DNA of 63,915 nt, the filler included, from Squatina squatina (lineage: Eukaryota), in assembly GCA_031763465.1 (NCBI GenBank). It is 4 parts of 4 records of this genome, joined end to end, with 100 filler letters (N's around TTAATTAATTAA, not from the genome) between each part and the next. Parts side by side here need not be neighbours in the genome. Positions count along the whole stretch, not along the records: positions 1 to 13,809 come from JARFOE010000189.1; positions 13,910 to 33,647 come from JARFOE010000059.1; 2 more parts are not named here. One strand, given 5' to 3'. Numbering within the stretch: the stretch's first letter is position 1; the number at the start of each line of letters is the position of its first letter. Under the pieces are notes generated by a model, which worked only from the letters and a program-made list of their open reading frames with translations, was not told where the DNA came from and did no database searches. Both the position numbers and the translations under genes were made by a program. Of the stretch, positions 12,920-24,329 are shown in pieces.

Positions 12920-13160
12920 GAAACTGGCATTTATATAGTGCCTTATCACATCTCTTAGAAAGAACTTAAAGCGCTTCAGATACAATGAATTAATTTTAAG
13001 TGTGGTAACTGCAAATAAGTACAGCTGCTACTTTGTACATAGCAAGATCCCTCAAACAGCAGTGAGATCAATGACCAGTTAAATCTGTTTTTTGTATGTT
13101 AGTTGGAGGTGAACCCCACAACTCTTCAAGTACTGCCATCTGAACAGGCAGTTTAATGGC
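12920..13160 (-). mobile_element. Degraded Deu-domain SINE, 3' part
   Basis: Reverse complement of the SINE tail (GCATTTATATAGTGCCTT...AAAGCGCTTCA...CAAGATCCCTCAAACAGCA). Confidence 0.6.
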
Positions 13161-13427
13161 TCATTATGAATGCCATAAAAGAGGTCAAACAAAGGAATGG
13201 AATGAACAAGATCCAAAAAATCAGTGCAAAGTAAGATGCTACTTGCTCAAAGCTATGAAATGCAATGGACTAACTAGTGGGTTATGAGATGGGTGCCCCA
13301 ACTGCAGTATCTTAGCTATCAAAAACAGATCCTATTGATTAGAAGATACATGAGGCTCTTGTCCAAATTGTTAATGTGTATCAGTACTTGGTCATTCTGA
13401 TGGATGCCAACCTTAGCCTGGACACAG

Positions 13428-13625
13428 GATATTCCTGGAGAGGGAGCATGCGCTGTCTGCCAATATGCTTGAGGCCCTCCGTGACCGATGGGCACTGGAG
13501 AGACTGGAATACATAATCAACACCAGTGACAATATTTTGACTTAATTTGTGAAGTTTCCTTTAATTTATTTATAATTTGCAGTATATTGTTTGTGCCTCT
13601 TTTAAAAGGGGCCACTTGTTAACTC
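13428..13625 (+). mobile_element. Tx1-clade (L1-group) LINE 3' fragment
   Basis: Encodes IFLEREHALSANMLEALRDRWALERLEYIINTSDNILT*, which resembles the fish/shark Tx1 ORF2 C-terminus, followed by a T-rich UTR. Confidence 0.6.
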
Positions 13626-13809
13626 TTATTGATGATATCAATGGTCATTCTAATTGGCAATTTACATACAAGTGTTAGCCTGGACACAGTCCTTTGGGAC
13701 TGCACGGAGATGGGGCAAAGGGCATTCTGATCCATCTTCAATGACAGCACAATCCCAATGCAGGTTAAGTTTGTGATGTATGACATGTTTTCAAGTAGTT
13801 CTCCTGTAT

Positions 13810-13909
13810 NNNNNNNNNNNNNNNNNNNNNNNNNNNNNNNNNNNNNNNNNNNNTTAATTAATTAANNNNNNNNNNNNNNNNNNNNNNNNNNNNNNNNNNN
13901 NNNNNNNNN
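13810..13909. other. Synthetic assembly spacer N44-TTAATTAATTAA-N44
   Basis: A 12-mer with stops in all six frames centred in a 100-nt gap. The same structure recurs at 33648-33747 and 51502-51601. Confidence 0.9.
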
Positions 13910-13994
13910 GGATCAGCCATGATCATATTGAATGGTGGAGCAGGCTCGAAGGGCCAAATGGCCTACTCCTGCTCCTATTTTCTATGCTTCTATA

Positions 13995-15089
13995 TCTGTC
14001 ATCCTATTGAAGGTGACAAACATGTTGTCATCCAAAGTCTGCCCAAAGTCCGTAGTCAAGGCATGCATGAAGTCATTTAATTGCTGCGATTATGTTCCAT
14101 GGGCCAGCCACTCTATCTATGCAAGAACACATCATCACAATGCCCTGGGGCTGCACCTTCCAACGCAGATTCTCCACTATTGTCCCTCCCACTACCATCT
14201 GCTCTTGCTCACTTGTACGTAAAAATTGGAGCAGGAGTAGGCCATTCAGCCCTTCGAGCCTGCTCCGCCATTCAACAAGATCATGGCTGATCCAGCACCT
14301 CCTCCTCTGCACTTGTGAAGTGTGAATCACCAGGTGAAAATCCAACTATCTGTTTTTACTGGTACCACTGAAGTGTGAGTACCAGAGCTGGTGCATGGTT
14401 TAAATGAGTCCTGTGATGGTGCACCCTCAGAAGGTTTCAGCTCCTCTGATGAATCGTCGACTGTGACCTCTGCTGACTTTAGCTGCACACCTGAAGGCCC
14501 TCTCAGAGATGAAAGACATGAATTAGTCCTGGCAAGGTAAGAGCGTTGCAACTTATTATTATGAAGATGATCATATTTCACTCGCAGTTAAAATCAAGTC
14601 AACATGAATGAGAGCCGTGTGACATGGGGGTTGCTGATAATTAATTGTGTCACCAGATAGCTGGGAGCTCCCCATCTCCCCATCTCCGATGGTCAGGGAT
14701 GCTGAAACTCAACTTATATCCAGCACCTTCTCCTCTGCACTTGTGAGCTGGGAAATGCATGGAGGCCCACCTCCGGTTTTCTCCCTCTCCCGCATATTCT
14801 GTGCTCCCTTCTGCAATGAGGGAAATAACAGACCTATGAGTGAGAGCAATGGCATGTGTTCAACCGATGGATGGAGGGCATTTGGTGAGAGGGTCTACCA
14901 GCGAGAGGCATAAAATTGCAAAAGGATCAGGGTGAGTGTCAGTGGTGGATGGATAGATGGGGATGTGTGGAAGTGCATAGACAGAGAGGGATGGGTGCAC
15001 TTGCAAGGTAAGTGGATGTGAGGAGTGATGTGATGGAGTAGCTCGAGAAGGCAGAGTGAGGGGGTGGGATGAAGGTGACTGTGCCGCTG
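13995..15089 (-). mobile_element. Harbinger-like transposon internal remnant (ORF2 region)
   Basis: Minus-strand peptides LTSAEEKVLDIS and SSEELKPSEGAPSQDSFKPCTSSGTHTSV resemble the low-complexity region after the Myb/SANT domain. The purine-rich tract is similar to 34280-34460. Confidence 0.45.
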
Positions 15090-15189
15090 NNNNNNNNNNN
15101 NNNNNNNNNNNNNNNNNNNNNNNNNNNNNNNNNNNNNNNNNNNNNNNNNNNNNNNNNNNNNNNNNNNNNNNNNNNNNNNNNNNNNNNNN

Positions 15190-15605
15190 CCCTGCATCTA
15201 GTCTGGCCAGATATGTGAGAATGTTATAAATTTCAATGAGATCCCCTCTCATTCTTCTAAACTCGAATGAATACAGGCCTAGCCGACCCAATCTCTCCTC
15301 ATACGACAGTCCTGCCATCCCAGGAGTCAGTCTGGTGGACCTTCGCTGCACTCCCTCGATGGCAAGAATATCCTTCCTTAGATAAGGAGACCAAAACTGC
15401 ACACAATACTCCAGGTGTGGTCTCACCAAGGCCCTATATAATTGCACTAAGACATCTTTACTCTTATACTCCAATCCTTTTGGAACACGACATTTGCTTT
15501 CCGAATTACTTGCTGTACTTGCATGTTAACTTTCTTTGATTTGTGTACAAGGACACCTAGATCCCACTGAACACCAACATTTCCCAGTAACTCACCTTTT
15601 ACAAA
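15190..15605 (-). mobile_element. CR1 LINE ORF2 C-terminal fragment
   Basis: MEYKSKDVLVQLYRALVRPHLEYCVQFWSPYLRKDILAIEGVQRR...YEERLGRLGLYS...RRMRGDLIE. Confidence 0.92.
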
Positions 15606-16040
15606 ATACTAAAAAATGTAAGACAAATCTATTTAATACCAGCAAAGAAACACAACACAATCAGAAAATATTCTCCTTGTAAGTGTGTGAGACAACAGTA
15701 TAGTGTTCTATGTTCCAGTTAGTGCTGGGGTTAGATAACTATCTTCTGGAGTTGAGAGAGTAGCTTTCTGGGGAAATTGCATAATTAAATATTTCTTCAA
15801 ATAACTCCAGTTCAAAATTATTTAAAGCTAAATTTGATAATTATCTACCTGTTTCTCAGGTTAGTATGGAGTTGTGAATCGTGGGAAGTGGCTAATGTTA
15901 TAACTAAAGTGATTACTGTGTGTATATATTAGTGATGTGCTTGAATGAAAAGTTGAGAAAGGGTTACTATTTAGTTTTCATTTAAGCAACAATGTCTCTT
16001 TTCTTATGGTCGTGTTTTAAAAAGGTTATTGGTTCTTGTT

Positions 16041-16450
16041 ACTCTTTTGAGTAAAAACATATTGACAAATACAACAATTAACAAATTAAACTAAAAAACC
16101 AAAACCTAACAAAAAACCCCGATACTTAAAGCCCTGTTATCCCTGGTGAGGATGCACTCCAGTCCCCCCGGTGCCCACCAATCGCGGAAGGCCGCAAGCG
16201 TACCGGCGGACACTGCGTGGGAAGAGAGGCAGGCAGTCGGGTCAAACAAGCCCCTCGATCGCCCGCTGCCTGGACCTATTAATGGATAGCTTGGCCAGGC
16301 CCAGGAGCAGGTTCATGAGGAGGGCCTACCACCGTCCTTCTCCCCGCCGCACCGGGTGCCCACTGATCAGGAGCGTGGGACTGAAGTGCAGCCAGAACTT
16401 GAGGAGCGGCCTGTTCAAATATTGGAAGAGGGGCTTGATTGCAGCTGCTT
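16041..16450 (-). mobile_element. Tx1-clade LINE 3' end
   Basis: Minus strand encodes PLFQYLNRPLLKFWLHFSPTLLISGHPVRRG...LLLGLAKLSINRSRQRAIEG..DCLPLF, followed by a T-rich 3' UTR. Confidence 0.7.
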
Positions 16451-16589
16451 AGATCGATTGATGAATTGGACCACTGAAACCAGTAAAGCNNNNNNNNNNN
16501 NNNNNNNNNNNNNNNNNNNNNNNNNNNNNNNNNNNNNNNNNNNNNNNNNNNNNNNNNNNNNNNNNNNNNNNNNNNNNNNNNNNNNNNNN

Positions 16590-16760
16590 CAGTCTCTCCC
16601 GGGGCTGCACATGCGCAGTCCTTTCTCCATAGGGACTGCGCATATGCAGTCCATTCTCCACAGGGGCTGCACATACGCAGTCCATTCTCTCCCGGGGCTG
16701 CACATACGCAGTCCGTTCTCCACAGGGTCTGCGCACATGCAGTCCGTTCTCTCCCAGGAT
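16590..16760. repeat. 31-bp GC-rich minisatellite, ~5.5 visible copies
   Basis: Unit ~GCAGTCCATTCTCCACAGGGGCTGCACATAC. The array runs into an N gap on the left. Confidence 0.85.
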
Positions 16761-16912
16761 TGCGCCCTTTCTCCGCCGGGACAGCGCGCGCACAGTCAGG
16801 TCCCCGCTGGGACTGTGCGCAGTCGAGTGGGCACAAAAAAACGGGACATTTGAGCAATTTTGAGGTAAGTACTGGGACACTGCCTCAAAAACCAGGATGT
16901 CTGGTCACCCTA
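16590..16912. mobile_element. hAT-type (Blackjack-like) DNA transposon end
   Basis: Ends ...GGATGTCTGGTCACCCTA (reverse TAGGGTGACCAGACATCC), with subterminal GGGAC repeats. Confidence 0.6.
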
Positions 16913-16914
16913 TT

Positions 16915-17230
16915 TATATGATAATATGTCCCAAGGCACTACACAGGAGCGTCATCAGACAAGATTTGACACCGAGCCACATCATGAGATAGTAGGACAG
17001 GTGACCCGAAGCTTGGTCAAAGAGGTAGGTTCTAAGGAGCATCTAAAAGGAGGAGCAAGGTTGGGAGATGTTTAGGATGGGAATTCCAGAAATTAGGGCC
17101 TAGGCAGCTGAAGGCACAACCGTCAATGGAGGAGCGAAGAAAATCAGGGATGCAAACTGGGTTTATTCAAAGCCTGAGAGAGCCTGAGATGGTGACAGGA
17201 GATTAGGAAGGTCGAGGAATAATGAAGGGT
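16915..17230 (-). mobile_element. L2 LINE 3' fragment
   Basis: Reverse complement matches 50950-51260 (AAGCTTGGTCAAAGAGGTAGGTT...GGAATTCCAGA...GGCAGCTGAAGGCAC). Confidence 0.8.
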
Positions 17231-17694
17231 TGGGGTTGGGATTTGGTGGGAGGGGGGGTTGCGCAGAGTACCCAAGAGAGGGAAGAGATGTAAGGAAGCA
17301 TTTTTCTGGGTGTGGAAGCCTTTGGGCAAGAGCTTCATTGGTGAAGGAGTTGGTGGAATATGTGCAGCTGAGATTCAGATCTCCTCGCCAGAACCAAGGT
17401 GATCTGATTTACTTTCCCCGGCACTCTTTTTGCTCACTGTAGTTAGGCCCAGTGACAAGTGGTGAGAACTTGCACGTCATGTGGTTCCATCGGAATAATC
17501 GCAGGCTGCGTCTGGTGGGGTCTGACTCCAGTCCAGATACAGCTCTGAGTTTATTTGAACCTAACCAGGAAGAAGCAGTCTGACGGTCATTAAAGCTCTG
17601 TGCTAAACAGTGTTGAGTACAAGGTGAGGCCAGGTTGATGCACTAGTGGGGACATCACAACTTATTGTGAATTTTGCTGATGCATTTCTAATTA

Positions 17695-18044
17695 AATGCA
17701 CTTTTTTGATAACTCATTCTTGTAATCTGTGCATTGCTGGCAAGGCCAACATTTATTGCTGATCCCTAGTTGCCCTTGAGAAGGTGGTGGTGAGCCACCT
17801 CTTGAACTGCTGCAGTCCATATGGTGAAGGTACTCTTTCAGTGCTGTTAGCGAGGGAGTTCCAGGACTTGACCCAGCGACAATGAAGGAACGGCCGATAT
17901 ATTTCCAAGGTAAAATGGTGTATGTGAGTTGGAGGGGAATCTTGCAGGTGATGGTGTTCCTAAGCACCTGCTACCCTTGTCCTTCTTGGTGGTAGAGGTC
18001 ACAGGTTTGGTAGGTGTTGCCAAAGAAGCCTTGGCGAGGTACTG
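17695..18044 (-). mobile_element. LINE 3' fragment, same family as 30140-31279
   Basis: Reverse complement of the 3' end at 31000-31270 (TGCCCTTGAGAAGGTGGTGGTGAGCC...ATGAAGGAACGGCCGATATATTTCCAAG). Confidence 0.75.
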
Positions 18045-18144
18045 NNNNNNNNNNNNNNNNNNNNNNNNNNNNNNNNNNNNNNNNNNNNNNNNNNNNNNNN
18101 NNNNNNNNNNNNNNNNNNNNNNNNNNNNNNNNNNNNNNNNNNNN

Positions 18145-19680
18145 TTCATAGAGTGTATTCGGGATGGTTTATTAGAACAAAACATTGTGGAACCAACCAG
18201 GAAACAGGCGATTTCAGATCTGGTAATGTATAATAAGACAGGATTAATTAATGATCTCATAGTCAGGGATCCTCAAGGGAAGAACAATAATAACATTATA
18301 GAATCGCACATTCAGTTAGAGAGTGAGAACCTTAGGTCTGAAGCTAGTGTCTTAAACTTAAGTAACGGTAATTGCAAATGTATAATGAGAGAGTTGGCTG
18401 AAGTAGACTTGGAAAATAGATTAAAAGGTGAGATGGTAGCTAAGCAATGGCAGCCAGTTATGGAGATACGACATAAATCTCAACAAAGATATATTCCCGT
18501 GAGAAAGAAAGACTCTTCGAGAAGGATTAACCTCACCCATGGCTAAGTAAGGAAGTGAAGGATTGTATCAAATTGAATGAAAAGGCATACAATGTTGTGA
18601 AGATGAGTGGTAGACCAGAAGATTAGGAACATTTTGTAACCAGCAAAGGTTAAATACAAATATAATAATGAGGGAGAAAATAGATTATGAGAGTAAACTA
18701 GCAAGAAATATAAAAATAGACTGTAAGAGTTCCTACAGGTATCTAAAAAGGAAGAGAGCAGCTAAAGCAAAGGTTGGTCTTTTGGAGGACGAGACTGGGG
18801 AAGTAATAATGACAAACAAGGAAAGGCAGGGATTTTGAACAAATATTGTGTATCATTCTTCATAGGACAAGATGTTAAAAGCATCCCAATAATAGCAGAA
18901 AATCAAGGGGCAAAAGGGAGGGAGGACCTTAAAAAATCACAATTACTAGAGAAAAAGTACTAGGCAAACTAAAGGTACTAAAGACCAACAAGTCCACTGG
19001 ACCGGTGATCTGCATCCTCGGGCCTTAAAGGAAGTGACTGCAGAGATAGTGGATGCATTGGTTGCAATATTCCAAAATTGCCTAGATTCTGATAAGATCC
19101 CAGTGGATTGGAAAACCACAACTACAACGCCCCTAGGGAGACAGAAAGCAGGGAACTATAGGCCAGTTAGCCTAACATCTCTCATTGGGAAAATGTTCGA
19201 ATTCATTGTAAAAAATGTAGTAACAGGACATTTAGAAAATCATAATAGAGTCAAGCATGGGTTTATGAAAGGAAAATCGTGTTTGACAAATTTATTAATG
19301 TCCTTTGAGGATGTAACGAGCAGGCTGGATAAAGGGGAACCAGTGGATGTAATAAATTTGGATTTCCAGAAGGCATTCGAAAAGGTGCCACATAAAAGGT
19401 TACTGCCCAACATAAGAGCTTATGGCATTGGGGGTAATAAGTTGGCATGGATAAATGATTGGCGAACTAACAGAAAACATAGAGTCATGATAATGGATCA
19501 TTTTCAGGTTGCCAAATGGTTACTAGTCGGATGCCACAGGGATCAATGCTGGTGCATCAATTATTTACAATCTATATTAATGACTTGGATGAAGGGATCG
19601 ACTGTACTGTAGTCAAATGTGCTGATGATACAAAGAATGGTGGGAAAGCAAGTTGTAGGGATATAGATAAGTTAATAAGT
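18145..19680 (+). mobile_element. CR1 LINE ORF2 (end of endonuclease plus RT), decayed
   Basis: FIECIRDGLLEQNIVEPTR...; GNYRPVSLTS, HGFMKGKSCLTNL, LDFQKAFEKVPH and ADDTK motifs with frameshifts. Confidence 0.92.
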
Positions 19681-19740
19681 CGGCAATAATTTTGCAGTTG
19701 GTTATCCAGTTCAGTAGGAGGAATAGAGAGGCAACGTATT

Positions 19741-21190
19741 GGGCCTGAATTCGCGGCCCCAAAATGTGGGTACGAGCTGCGCACCCTCCTGTAGGGCCCA
19801 CGCAGCTTCCGGGTTTAGGGATGCGAAGTGCCTGCACCTAAACCCGTAACTTGGGATCTGTCAAGGAGGAGATGGCCCCCAGGGGCGGAGATTTCCTCAA
19901 TTCCTGCCCAGCAAATGCTCTTCAAATTCTTATAACCGACAAAACACGTGAAATTCCTGCGTTTTCTGTCGTATAACCTTTAGATGACAGAAAGAGAACT
20001 TTTGCACTATATAAACATTGAAAATCATGTAAATAAGGTACATTTATTTCTATAAAATTTGAAATTTATAAATTTATATTTTAAAAAATTTAATTTTTAT
20101 TATAAACAAGTAATTACGCTAAATAATTCATTTTAAACATCTGATGCTTTTTAAAATTTATTTCAAAGTGTTTGAATGTTTTTGGGTGTCTTCCCATTTA
20201 TAATCATGGCGGTCCAGTATATACAAAATCACCAGAGTTATGAATGGGAACGCCACTAGCTTAATTAGTTGAGCCAACCCACATAATCCCAGTAATGCAG
20301 ATGAAGCGCATGTGCTCCTGGGACATGTGGGCCACTACCCGTGGGTACTCAGAGAGGCCGGTGTCCAGACATCTCTGAAACTCCAGCATTATTTAAATGG
20401 AGAGCGACGACAGAATGCTGCCGTTCCGAGGGATCTCGTACATGAAACACAAAAAGTTAGCTGGCAGGGATAGCAAGTGATAAGGAAGGCAACGAGATTG
20501 TGGGCCTTCATTGCAATGGGGATGAAGTACAAAAGTTGGGATGTCTTGATACAGCTGTAGAGGGCGCTGGTGCGACCACACCTGGAGTATGGCATACAGT
20601 TTTGGTCTGCTTCTTCAAGGATAGATATGCTTGGATTGGAGGCAGTCTAGTGAAGCGTCACTAGGTGATTCCTGGGATGAGGGGGTTGTCTTATGATGAA
20701 AGCTTGAGCAGGTTGGGCCTATACTCACTGCAGTTTAGAAGAATGGGAGGTGATCTTATTGAAACATAAGGTTCTGAGGGGGCTTGACAGGGTAGCTGCT
20801 GAGAGGATGATTCCCCACGAGGGGGGGAGCGGAATCTAGAACTAGAGGGTTTGGTTTCAGAGTAAGCGGTCGACAGTTTAAGATGGGGATGAGGAGGAAT
20901 TTCCTCTCTCAGAAGTCAGTGATTCTTTGGAGTTCTGTACCCCAGAGAGATGTGGAAGCTGAGTCATTGAATAAATTCAAGGCTGAGATAGAGAGATTTT
21001 TGATCCACAGCGGAGTGAAGGGTTTTGGGAAACGGGCAGGAAAATGGAGTTGAGGCCAGAATCCGATCAGCCATGATCTCATTGAATGGTGGAGCAGGCT
21101 CCAGGGGCCGATTGGCCTACTCCTGTTACTATTTCTTATGTTCTTATGTAATCCGCCCCCAAACACTGGCCAATCGCTATTTCCCATTAG
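19741..21190. mobile_element. Non-autonomous DNA transposon (Harbinger-like) with a nested CR1 insertion
   Basis: Begins GGGCCTGAATT. It has GC-rich ends and an AT-rich core, and is interrupted by CR1 at ~20388-21148. Confidence 0.5.
20388..21148 (+). mobile_element. CR1 LINE 3' end
   Basis: LYRALVRPHLEY...FW motif through the GATCAGCCATGATCTCATTGAATGG...TTTCTTATGTTCTTATG tail. Confidence 0.9.
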
Positions 21191-21351
21191 ATCCGACAGT
21201 GCTAGTCAGGTGTCCCATTATAAACACTGTTGAGGTCTAAAGCAGGACGCAGAATCTGAATCGGTGATCGATAATCGCAGGTAAGTTATGCCTACTTCAT
21301 ATTGAACATACAAACTTTTACCGAAGAGAAATGGCTCTTGTTGGGAATAAT

Positions 21352-21520
21352 GAGGGTAATTTTGTCTCTGAGCGATGATATGTAATGGGTGATGTGCAAT
21401 TCGGCCCCGTTACACGTCCCTCCCGACTGCTGTTCAATTGAGGGAAAATCATGTGTGGCCGTATAAAAGCCTATTGGATATCGCCTATTTCGCGCTGTCG
21501 CTCAATGTTAAAGCTTATAT
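21352..21520. mobile_element. Palindromic MITE, degraded (family of 41392-41571)
   Basis: Shares TGGGTGAT...CCCGTTACAC...GAAAATC...TATAAAA...ATCGCCTATTTCGC architecture with 41392-41571. Confidence 0.45.
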
Positions 21521-23089
21521 GAAAATATCATCAGTTTATCTGCATAATATTACAGTATCTTCTCGGATTGTTGCATATCTTCAACCCGAGAGTTTCAGTG
21601 AATCTCATTCAACGATTACACACAATACCTCCTGTTTACTGATGAGAATTTTATGTGCCAGCATCTATATATAGAATATCCAAGCTGTGGTTGAATACTT
21701 CAAACTGGCTGTATATTGAATATAAATACATGATTTTAAACAATGTCCTTTTTCTCAAATTCTATTTCATTCATTTGGTCGCTTTGAGGCTAATCACCAG
21801 CAATGACTCGAGAGGCCGACTGGCCTGTTTTCTTGTGCTGTAACTTCCATGCCTTTCAATTCTTGTAGCTGGTTCTTGGATAATTGTTGTTTGGAATGTC
21901 AGAAGTGAATTAAAATGCATGTTTGAGGCAACGTTGCATTTTGAAATCAGAAATCTTTGTCTCCGGCAAACCAAAGGAACTTATCCAGTCAGTTTATTTG
22001 TAACAACTGATTATTCAATTTGTACTTAACACAACACAGAATTAAAACAATTGGCTTAACTTGTGTAAGTTCAACCGAATTAAGACAGTTATGTTTACAT
22101 TGATGCAATTAAGTTAATTTCATTTGAATAGACAGTGTTGCCTCATTCATTAATAATATTAAGGGTTTTTAAAGCATTTTACTAATATAATGGTATACAA
22201 CAGGATTTACATTACATGATAAGATTTTCACGTAATTGGAAGATTAACCTAAAAGTGCTCCGGGAAAACATTATTTTAGTTGATAATTGCAGCAATATCT
22301 CATTAAAAAAGAAACTGCCGATTTCACGGCAAATATTAGACAGCAGAAAGAAACACGAAAGCAGCAACAATATGCTGACCGACTGTTGCCAAGTCCCTTG
22401 TGTAAATTACAACGCCGGGGGGAAGGTTTTCTTCAGAGATTTCTTTATTTTTGGTTTTAAAAACTGAAAATTAAATTCTTCAACAGGTGATTCGTGGTAA
22501 ATGAAACACTTCACCAGATTGAAAGAAAAGAACTTCATGAACATGACGTAACAATCGAAACTAATTGAAGTTGAAAAACATAATTATAGTACTTCGGCTC
22601 GAGCTTGGTTAAAGTGTCACAAATTGCCATTCTCAGACTGTAATATTATGCGGAGTATTGTTTCCTCATTCTTAACCGCCATGTTGGTATGACCATATGT
22701 TTGGCACTTGTTTCTTATTCACTAAGAGTTTATTATCCAATCTTTACTTGGAACATGGAGACTTCACTGAATGCTGAAGGGAGCGTCATGAGGCCCTGCA
22801 CTAACCCACAATCCGGTACAAGGGAAGTCCCAGAAAGACGGAGAGGCTGCCGGACTTATTCACCGACCAGAAGAGTAAGCGATCCCGGATTTCAGATTGG
22901 AAAATCGAACGCACTGGGTGTAAGATTAAGCCATTTCTATTATTCTATTACTCTTCTCAAGTAGGTCACAATTTCAACGGGCAAACTTCCAGTTTCAAGA
23001 CGTCTGGAAAACTTTGGTTCCAGTCACAATGCATTGGGACAAGATTAGTTAGCTGATGAAGGTTAATTCCCGTCTCTATTCCAAGTGAA

Positions 23090-23690
23090 ATTAGTGCACT
23101 GAAGGGGAAGCTGGATAAGCACATGCCGGAGAAAGGAATAGAAGCATATGGTAAAAGGATGTGCTGAAGAGGGGTGGATGGAGATTGGTGTGGAGTATCA
23201 ACCCGGGCATAGACCAGTTGGGAAGAATGTTCTATTTCGGTGCTGTAGTTGCTTTGTAATCATATTCACTGTAAATTGTAAACATCTTCAGTAAGATCAC
23301 GATTTTGCTGGGGATACTAAACTAGGAAATATGTGCAAGACTGCATTTAAAGTGTGTCGTGGGTTACTGGAAATGTCGGAATTTCTGGCCCATCCTAGCT
23401 GCCACTTGAGAGAATAGCGGTGGATCATCTTCTTGACCCGCTGGACTCGATGCGGTGAAATTACTCCCAAGATGTTGCGAGGTAGGGAGTTCCAGAATAC
23501 AGTGGCTGTGAAGGAACGATGATATATTTCAACGCTGGTGGTTGACTCGGTGATGAAGTGTTACCCAGTTACCTGCTGCTCTTGTCGTTCGAGTGGACAT
23601 TAGTGTGAGAAGGAGCCTCGATGAGCGACTGCTGTACATCCTGCAACAAATACACACTGCACCCACACAGTGCCGGCAGCGGGGAGAGTG
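23090..23690. mobile_element. Old CR1 3' tail (+, ~23090-23260) and old LINE 3' fragment (-, ~23390-23690)
   Basis: GGGAAGCTGGATAAGCACATG...AGACCAGTTGG tail, plus a diverged match to 17740-18040. Confidence 0.6.
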
Positions 23691-24329
23691 GATGTGTAAA
23701 GTACTCAAGGCGTTTACGTGTTTATCCAGAGATCAAGCATTGTTCAAGGAAATTCTATTCGCCTCGAGCTTTGATCTCACTCTTTTCCACCCCGTCTCCC
23801 TCGTTCACACAAGTATAATTATGCCTTCGGTGATTTTAGATAGTTTACCTTGTATGATATTTACACAGTATGATTTTTGTTCTCTTTTAGATAATTCAGA
23901 TTATGTTGGGAATGTGTTTTATAATATTCTGGATGCCATTATTTCTGAGTCCGATATCTGCACCAGGAGACCAGAGAACACACTGGTGGAGCGGTCTATC
24001 GGTGAGTTTCCATCCAATGTCCTCAGCAGGGCATGTCTGAAGGAATTGCACTCTGCTTTCATTTGATTAGATGGGACGGGCAATTTGTTTTGCGCGGAAG
24101 CATCGCTGTAATATTTTGCTGACTGTGGTTAAAGTATTGGAGTGGTAAACTATTTAATTTAAAACATTGAATGTTTCCGTTAAAATAGCAAACCAATGGA
24201 ATGCCAGCATAACGATAGTTCCGACGGTGAAGTTGGAAACAAGAATTGTACACGCCGATTTATTTAAGCTGGTTGTGTACAGAGATGCTCATTGTTTATT
24301 GTTTCCTCTTCGAGTCTTGATCGCAAATA

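Noticed and set aside
16590-16760. CRISPR-like array
   Set aside because: The units are contiguous tandem repeats without unique spacers, there are no cas genes, and the context is eukaryotic.
23050-23100. Hammerhead ribozyme core (CTGATGA...GAAA), also near 11488
   Set aside because: I could not build the required stems around the core motifs.
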